A DNA stretch of 32,000 nt from Fibrobacter succinogenes subsp. succinogenes S85 (lineage in GTDB: Bacteria; Fibrobacterota; Fibrobacteria; Fibrobacterales; Fibrobacteraceae). Within the stretch, counting starts at the first letter, position 1. The number at the start of each line of letters is the position of its first letter. A program made the translations under genes and the position numbers. The notes under the pieces are model-generated. The model did not search any database. It was not told where the DNA came from and was given only the letters and a program-made list of their open reading frames with translations. The stretch is from positions 1,770,001 through 1,802,000 of the forward strand of contig NC_017448.1 of the NCBI RefSeq assembly GCF_000146505.1. The letters are read 5' to 3'. Below are positions 26,189-32,000 of the stretch, piece after piece.

Positions 26189-27286
26189 ATGAATTTCAAA
26201 CACCTCATTAAAACAACACTTATAAGCGCTCTGCTTTTCGGAGCAAGCGCTTTCGCCGAAATTAAAACAGTTCGAATCGCACATTACACAGGAGTGTTGT
26301 GCAGTGCTCCGGTTCATACCGCATGGCTCAAAGGATTTTTCGACGAAGAGTTCAAAAAGATCGGGCAAAAATACGAAATGGTACCGATTGCCGAAGGTTC
26401 CGGTTCCGTCAACGACTTGATTGTCGCTGGGAAAGCGGACGCAGGTAATGAACTTCTCGCCACTGAACTTCAGCCTATCCAAAACGGGCTCCCGATTATC
26501 TTTGTAACAGGCGTACACACAGGCTGCACCAAGTTCTACGTCACAAAGCAATCGACCATCAAAAAACTCAAGGACCTGAAAGGGCGCAAAAGCAAAATTG
26601 GCGTCATTGGATTGTCCGACAGTTCAATTATGACATTCAAGCGAAAACTCCGTGACCTTGGTGTTGTCGCCGATGGCCCCGAAGCGGATATCGAATTCGT
26701 TGTCTATGGCGCAAGCGACTTGCCATTGGCACTCCAAAAGGGAGCCGTGGACATTATCGCCCTTCACGATCCGACCGCAACAACAGCCGAAGAAGAATAC
26801 GGTTTCCGTAAGCTTCTGGACACCGCCACCGATCCGAAATTTGCCGTAGAATACTGCTGCATCGCATTCGTGAGCCTCAAACTTTGGAAAGAAAATCCAG
26901 AAGGTGCAGCCGCATTCACACGTGCAGTCGCTCGCGGTTCCGCATTCATCAACGCTAACCCGCGTGAAGCAGCAAGACTCCAGCTTGCAAAGGACATCGT
27001 CCCCGGAAGCGAAGATTTCAACACCAAACTGCTTGAAAGCTACACCCACATTCCATCCCGCAAAGCAACGATTCGCACATTCAGAACCGTCGCCACGGAA
27101 CTCCAAAAAACGGGCGTACTCAAGAAAAAGTTGAACATCGAAAAGTTCATCACAAACCACTTTGCCAATTTTGCGTCTAAGGGGATTCACGTTCCTGACG
27201 GTTACAAGTACGATAAGGATACAGGCACATTTACAGAAACGACCGAAGAACCGAAAACCTTAGCGAAAAATATCGTTGAGAACTAA
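26189..27286 (+). CDS. ABC substrate-binding protein A, NMT1/SsuA-like (NitT/TauT family)
   Basis: 365 aa from ATG 26189 (SD aaggagg). Signal peptide ...FGASAFA-E. Close paralog of 27455-28543. Confidence 0.8.
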   Translation: MNFKHLIKTTLISALLFGASAFAEIKTVRIAHYTGVLCSAPVHTAWLKGFFDEEFKKIGQKYEMVPIAEGSGSVNDLIVAGKADAGNELLATELQPIQNGLPIIFVTGVHTGCTKFYVTKQSTIKKLKDLKGRKSKIGVIGLSDSSIMTFKRKLRDLGVVADGPEADIEFVVYGASDLPLALQKGAVDIIALHDPTATTAEEEYGFRKLLDTATDPKFAVEYCCIAFVSLKLWKENPEGAAAFTRAVARGSAFINANPREAARLQLAKDIVPGSEDFNTKLLESYTHIPSRKATIRTFRTVATELQKTGVLKKKLNIEKFITNHFANFASKGIHVPDGYKYDKDTGTFTETTEEPKTLAKNIVEN

Positions 27287-27342
27287 AAAGTAGGAGCGCA
27301 ACTAGGTTTATATAACCATAGCCTATAGCGCCCAATATACGA

Positions 27343-27427
27343 ACAAAATTAGAACAAAGTATTTTTGAATTATTTTGTTTTTCCATCTTTAAAACATCTT
27401 TGATTTAGAAAAAGTGATTTATACCTT
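27343..27427 (+). promoter_or_regulatory. Operator-like inverted repeat plus promoter, copy 2 (upstream of the SBP-B / CysK-like B genes)
   Basis: acaaaat (27343-27349), 22-nt spacer, attttgt (27372-27378). Then TTGATT (27400-27405), 16-nt spacer, TACCTT (27422-27427). Confidence 0.45.
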
Positions 27428-27454
27428 TTCACAATCAAAAATAGGGAATTAAAA

Positions 27455-28543
27455 ATGAATTTACGAAGCATCATTAAGACTACGCTCATAAGCGCCCTCC
27501 TCCTCGGAACAAGCGCTTTTGCCGATTTCAAACCAGTCCGAATCGCACACTATACTGGTGTGTTGTGTAGTGCCCCGGTTCATGTCGCTTGGCTCAAAGG
27601 TTACTTTGACGAGGAATTCAAAAAGATTGGTCAGAAATTCGAAATGGTTCCTGTTGATGCCGGAAAGAATTCTGTGAACGAGCTCATCGTCGCAGGCAAA
27701 GTCGACGCAGGGAACGACTTGCTCGCCACCGAACTTCAGCCCATTCAAAACGGGCTCCCTATCGTCTTTGTCACTGGTGTTCATACGGGTTGCACCAAGT
27801 ATTACGTCACCAAAAAATCGACGATTCAAAAGTTGGAAGATTTGAAGGGACGTAAAACCAAGGTAGGCGTTATCGGTTTATCCGATAGTTCCGTGATGTC
27901 GTTCAGACGCAAGCTTCGCGATCTAGGTATCGTCGCAGACGGCCCGGAAGCGGATGTTGAATTCATCGTCTATGGTGCAAGCGACTTGCCGATTGCCCTT
28001 GAAAAAGGTGCCGTTGACATTATCGCCCTTCATGATCCAACCGCAGCAACCGCCGAAAAAGAATATGGCTTGCGCAAGTTGCTCGACACCGCAATCGATC
28101 CGAAATTTGCCGTAGAATACTGCTGCGTCGCATTCGTGACACTCAAGCTCTGGAAGGAAAATCCGGAAGGTGCCGCCGCTTACACGCGCGCTGTCGCTCG
28201 CGGATCCGCATTCGTGAACAGCAATCCGCGCGAAGCCGCAAGACTCCAGCTCTCGAAGGATGTCGTTTCTGGCAGTGAAGAATTCAACGCCCAGTTGCTC
28301 GAAAGCTACGGTCACATTCCTTCCCGCAAGGCCGCGCTCCGCACGTTCAATATCGTCGCTGCAGAGCTTCAAAAGACGGGCGTCTTGAAGAAAAAATTGA
28401 ACATCGAAAAGTTCGTCAAGAGTCACTTTGCTGACTTCGAATCAAAGGGTATCAAAATTCCGGATGGCTACTCCTATGATAAGGCCACCGATAAATTCAC
28501 AGAAAATTTCGAAGAGCCAAAATCTCTTGTGAAAAACATTTAA
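27455..28543 (+). CDS. ABC substrate-binding protein B, NMT1/SsuA-like (NitT/TauT family)
   Basis: 362 aa. Collinear with SBP-A, for example RIAHYTGVLCSAPVH(T/V)AWLKG(F/Y)FDEEFKKIGQK. Confidence 0.8.
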   Translation: MNLRSIIKTTLISALLLGTSAFADFKPVRIAHYTGVLCSAPVHVAWLKGYFDEEFKKIGQKFEMVPVDAGKNSVNELIVAGKVDAGNDLLATELQPIQNGLPIVFVTGVHTGCTKYYVTKKSTIQKLEDLKGRKTKVGVIGLSDSSVMSFRRKLRDLGIVADGPEADVEFIVYGASDLPIALEKGAVDIIALHDPTAATAEKEYGLRKLLDTAIDPKFAVEYCCVAFVTLKLWKENPEGAAAYTRAVARGSAFVNSNPREAARLQLSKDVVSGSEEFNAQLLESYGHIPSRKAALRTFNIVAAELQKTGVLKKKLNIEKFVKSHFADFESKGIKIPDGYSYDKATDKFTENFEEPKSLVKNI

Positions 28544-28558
28544 AAAAGAGAGGTAACA

Positions 28559-29545
28559 ATGTCCAATATTCACCATTCCATTACCGAGCTCGTCGGCCAC
28601 ACTCCGCTGCTGGAGCTCCACAATTTTGAAAAGAATCACAATGCCAAGGGCCATATCCTGGCAAAACTCGAATACTTCAACCCGTCCGGCTCCGTGAAGG
28701 ACCGCGCAGCCCTCAGAATGATTGAAGAAGCCGAACGCGAAGGCAAGCTCAAGCCGGGTGGAGAAATCGTTGAAATCACAAGCGGCAACACGGGCATCGG
28801 CCTTGCCGCTATCGCCGCTGCCAAGGGCTACAAACTCACCGTTTTCTTTGAACCGGGTGGTTCTGAAGAACGCATACAAGTGATCAAGACCTATGGAGCA
28901 ACGCTCCTCGGTTACGACGCCCTTCCGAACGTAAGCAAACTCCTGAAGGAAGGCTCCTTCTCTGTTGCCGTCTTGCTCTCCGACGTCCGCAAGTATGCCG
29001 AAGAACACAATGCATTCTTCATCAACCAGATTGAAAACGAAAACAACCCGCTCGCCCATTACTACACCACCGGCCCGGAAATCGTTGCCGATACGGATGG
29101 CAAGGTAGACTTTATCGTTTCCATGGCAGGCACGGGCGGAACGCTCAATGGTCTTTCCAAGTACTTCCGCGAACACAATCCGAACGTGAAAATCGTCGGT
29201 GTGCAGGCCACTCCGGATTCCCGCTTCTTCACCCCGGAAGCTGAAGAACATGGCGTGATCGATGGTGTTGCCCCGTTCGCAAACGTTCCAGAACCGCCTC
29301 CTCTGCTGAACGATTCTTCGATCTATGACGAATACATTGAAGTCTCTACGCTCCAGGCTACAGGCGTTGCCCACGAACTCGCCGAAAAGGAAGGTCTCTT
29401 TCTCGGAACATCCGGTGCAGCAGGCATCTATGCCGCCTCCATCGTGGCTGCACGTCCTGAAAACGAAGGAAAGAACATTGTCGTTATTACAGCTGATAAC
29501 GGATTCAAGTACCTTTCCACTAAGGTGTACGCATTGAAGAAGTAA
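28559..29545 (+). CDS. PLP-dependent cysteine synthase-family paralog B (atypical CysK-like, 328 aa)
   Basis: Motifs [22 protein letters not shown] and MAGTGGTLNG. Same length as paralog A, and it shares the 5' (aaagagaggtaa) and 3' (taagactcat) flanks. Confidence 0.8.
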   Translation: MSNIHHSITELVGHTPLLELHNFEKNHNAKGHILAKLEYFNPSGSVKDRAALRMIEEAEREGKLKPGGEIVEITSGNTGIGLAAIAAAKGYKLTVFFEPGGSEERIQVIKTYGATLLGYDALPNVSKLLKEGSFSVAVLLSDVRKYAEEHNAFFINQIENENNPLAHYYTTGPEIVADTDGKVDFIVSMAGTGGTLNGLSKYFREHNPNVKIVGVQATPDSRFFTPEAEEHGVIDGVAPFANVPEPPPLLNDSSIYDEYIEVSTLQATGVAHELAEKEGLFLGTSGAAGIYAASIVAARPENEGKNIVVITADNGFKYLSTKVYALKK

Positions 29546-29559
29546 GACTCATTGTGTAC

Positions 29560-29601
29560 AAGCTCCTTCCCGTGACCTCACAAGGGGAGGAGCTTTTTTA
29601 T
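29560..29601 (+). terminator. Intrinsic terminator-like hairpin between CysK-like B and the ABC permease
   Basis: aagctccttccc (29560-29571) / ggggaggagctt (29584-29595), one mismatch, followed by ttttttatt. Confidence 0.6.
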
Positions 29602-29614
29602 TCAAGGAGTTTAA

Positions 29615-30577
29615 ATGAAGAATAAACTAATAAACACATTAAGAAGATTTTTACCCTTTTTAGGTGTTATTGTCGCACTTGCCATCCACTTGCTTATTGA
29701 AGACAGCGACGAACACCCAGAAGCTGAAGAAGCTTACTACACCTGGATTTTGTATTTCTTTTTGGCCACTACATTCATCCTCGGCATTGTCTCCACCTTT
29801 GTCAAAAAATTGAAGAAAGGCCTAGAATATTCCGGTGCGTTTTGGGGAGGCGTCGGAATCGTCGTCGCTATCATTGACATTGTCATCGGAAAGCTCGCCC
29901 TCTTCCCCGTCTTGTTTTTCCCGAAATACGACAACATTCTCGCCCAGTTTTTCGAAGGCTACGAAATCATCCTCAAGTGCATTTGGCACTCGACAAAACT
30001 TTTAGTCACAGGATTCCTCTACGGTGCCGGATTCGGCTTTATCACAGGTGTTCTCCTTGGATTCAACAAAAAGTTCAATTATTGGATCAACCCTTACATC
30101 AAGCTGATAGGCCCAATTCCCGCAACAATCTGGATTCCGATTTCGTTGACAATTTTCCCGACAACTTTTGGCGCAAGCGTTTTTATCATTGCACTTTCCG
30201 TCTGGTTCTCGGTTGCGCTTATGACGAGCTCTGCAATACAGGCTGTCCCCAAAGCCTATTTTGAAGTTTCACGCACGCTCGGCGCAAGCAGCGCTTTCCA
30301 GATTTTCCGAGTCGGCATCCCGGCCGCCATGCCCTCCATTTTCCTTGGCGTATTCTACGGCATCATCAGTGCATTCTTGGCGCTCATGACCGCAGAAATG
30401 TTCGGCGTCAAATACGGTATCGGCTGGTACATCTCCTGGCAAAAGGCCATGCTCGTCTATAGCGGTGTTTACGCAGGAATCATCGTCATTGCAGTTTACT
30501 GCATGCTCATACTCACCTTGCTCTTTAAATTGCGCGATAAAATCTTGAATTGGCAAAAGGGAACTTTGAAATGGTAG
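29615..30577 (+). CDS. ABC transporter permease, NitT/TauT family, with an N-terminal extension
   Basis: 320 aa. EAA-like loop EVSRTLGASSAFQIFRVGIPAAMPSIFLGVFYG. SD aaggag. Confidence 0.8.
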   Translation: MKNKLINTLRRFLPFLGVIVALAIHLLIEDSDEHPEAEEAYYTWILYFFLATTFILGIVSTFVKKLKKGLEYSGAFWGGVGIVVAIIDIVIGKLALFPVLFFPKYDNILAQFFEGYEIILKCIWHSTKLLVTGFLYGAGFGFITGVLLGFNKKFNYWINPYIKLIGPIPATIWIPISLTIFPTTFGASVFIIALSVWFSVALMTSSAIQAVPKAYFEVSRTLGASSAFQIFRVGIPAAMPSIFLGVFYGIISAFLALMTAEMFGVKYGIGWYISWQKAMLVYSGVYAGIIVIAVYCMLILTLLFKLRDKILNWQKGTLKW

Positions 30578-31374
30578 CAGAAAATATCGAAAACGTAAAA
30601 GGCGCAATCCACATTGATAATCTTGTAAAGACATTTATCAGTAACGAAGGCGAAACCGTCGCCGCCTTGAATGGAGTCAATCTCGACATTCCCGCAGGCA
30701 GTTTCGTGAGCCTTATCGGTCCATCCGGCTGCGGAAAGACAACGCTCTTGAGACAAATCGCAGGACTTGCCGAACCCACCTCGGGCGGCGTATTTGTCGA
30801 TGGCAAAAAAATTACGAAGCCCGGTGCCGATCGCGGTTTTGCATTCCAGCAAGCAACACTTTTCCCATGGCTCAACATCCGCGACAACATTTCGCTTGGG
30901 CTCAGGGCCCGCCACGTGTACAAGGAACACAAGCAAGACGTTGACGAATTCATCGAAACAGTCGGGCTCAAGGGATTCGAAAAATCATACCCGCACGAAC
31001 TTTCCGGCGGCATGAATCAGCGAGCAAGCCTTGCAAGAGCGCTAGTCGGCCACCCGGATATTCTCCTTTTGGACGAGCCCCTTGGTGCACTGGACGCTTT
31101 CACGCGCATGGCGATGCAAGACGAAATCCACCGCCTTTGGGAAAAGTACAAGACCACGATGGTGATGGTCACGCACGATGTCGACGAAGCGCTTTACCTC
31201 AGCAACTACGTTGTCGTGATGAAGGCCCGCCCCTCAAAAATCGAGCAGGTCATCAAAATCGAACTCCCGTTCCCGCGCGCACGAACACAGGACACGTTCA
31301 TCCAATACCGCAAAAAGATTCTCGAACTGCTAAACTTTGCAGGAAAGATTCAGGAACCGGAATACTACTTGTAG
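30571..31374 (+). CDS. ABC transporter ATP-binding protein, NitT/TauT family
   Basis: Walker A GPSGCGKTT, signature LSGGMNQR, Walker B LLLDEPLGALD. ATG 30571 overlaps the permease stop (atggtag). The TTG start at 30550 is less likely. Confidence 0.85.
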   Translation: MVAENIENVKGAIHIDNLVKTFISNEGETVAALNGVNLDIPAGSFVSLIGPSGCGKTTLLRQIAGLAEPTSGGVFVDGKKITKPGADRGFAFQQATLFPWLNIRDNISLGLRARHVYKEHKQDVDEFIETVGLKGFEKSYPHELSGGMNQRASLARALVGHPDILLLDEPLGALDAFTRMAMQDEIHRLWEKYKTTMVMVTHDVDEALYLSNYVVVMKARPSKIEQVIKIELPFPRARTQDTFIQYRKKILELLNFAGKIQEPEYYL

Positions 31375-31496
31375 CTATAGTCAAAATCTATAAAAGGTGC
31401 TAGAAATATAATATTGGACAAAAATATCAATTCCTTCTATATTATGTGCCGGCGTGAAAAGCCTACAACTGCAAAATTTTGCAAGGGAGACTCGCC

Positions 31497-32000
31497 ATGT
31501 CAGAAATTAAAGAACGAAATTTAGACTTTGATACCGTTATTGAGCGTCGCCATACCAACTCTATCAAATACGATTTTGCTATTGAACGCCGTGTTGTAAA
31601 GCCAGGTGAAGATCCATACAGTCTTCTCCCGCTTTGGGTTGCCGACATGGATTTCAAGACATCTTCGTTTATTCAAGATGAGTTGACCCGCGTTGCCGAA
31701 TATGGAATCTTCGGGTACAGCGAACCCAAAGAAGACTACTACGAAGCTGTCAAAAATTTCTACCGCCGCCGACACCACTATGATATAGAAGACCGCAAAT
31801 CGATTATCAAGATTCCCGGTGTGATGTTCGCGCTTGGCATGGCAATAAAAGCATTCACAAACGTTGGCGATGGAGTACTTATCCAGCAGCCGGTCTATAT
31901 GCACTTTGTTGACGTCATCGAAGACAACGAACGCAAAGTTGTCAGTAACGACCTCGTTTATGGCGAAGACGGTCGCTATCACATTGACTTTGAAGATTTC
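31497..32000 (+). CDS. PatB/MalY-type C-S lyase (cystathionine beta-lyase-like aminotransferase class I/II), 3'-truncated by the window edge
   Basis: Not in the ORF track because it has no stop inside the window. ATG 31497 follows SD gggaga. MSEIKERNLDFDTVIERRHTNSIKYD...LPLWVADMDFKT...VLIQQPVYMHF is typical of the MalY/PatB family. The frame is open through nt 32000. Confidence 0.8.
   Translation, partial: MSEIKERNLDFDTVIERRHTNSIKYDFAIERRVVKPGEDPYSLLPLWVADMDFKTSSFIQDELTRVAEYGIFGYSEPKEDYYEAVKNFYRRRHHYDIEDRKSIIKIPGVMFALGMAIKAFTNVGDGVLIQQPVYMHFVDVIEDNERKVVSNDLVYGEDGRYHIDFEDF

Overview
The window is a dense sulfur-amino-acid and organosulfur-acquisition island from a Gram-negative bacterium. GC is mid-40s to about 50% by eye. 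The style reminds me of Fibrobacter, but I cannot verify that.

The main result is two nitrogenase-like gene sets embedded entirely among Cys/Met metabolism and NitT/TauT-type transport genes, with no nitrogen-fixation accessory genes:
- Set 1: a NifH-like gene (6331-7176, -) divergent from an operon encoding a NifB-type radical SAM protein, a NifK/N-like protein and a NifD/E-like protein (7588-11243, +).
- Set 2: NifH-like, NifD-like and NifK-like genes (22858-19012, -) divergent from NifX-like, GNAT and CysK-like genes (23262-25176, +).

The two NifH proteins are identical except at residues 2 and 4, although their DNA carries many synonymous differences. Their roughly 400-bp divergent promoter regions are also paralogous. 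The alpha/beta-like pairs, in contrast, are strongly diverged.

Flanking genes are:
- metY-cysK.
- mnmA.
- A reverse-transsulfuration-like operon (MetB/MccB-like, MccA-like, methyltransferase), preceded by a 20-codon leader ORF with four Cys codons in five and an intrinsic terminator. This is a candidate Cys attenuator.
- Two NitT/TauT-family ABC importers, each with its own outer-membrane beta-barrel.
- A duplicated substrate-binding protein (SBP) / CysK-like module with duplicated operator-promoter blocks.
- A partial PatB/MalY-type C-S lyase.

A WYL regulator and an Rpn-family nuclease/transposase-like gene with a 42-bp coding tandem repeat are also present. My best reading is a MarBHDK-like (methylthio-alkane-reductase-like) C-S bond reductase system in a doubled and unusually organised form. 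All functional calls come from motif recognition by eye and need alignment, phylogeny and experimental confirmation.
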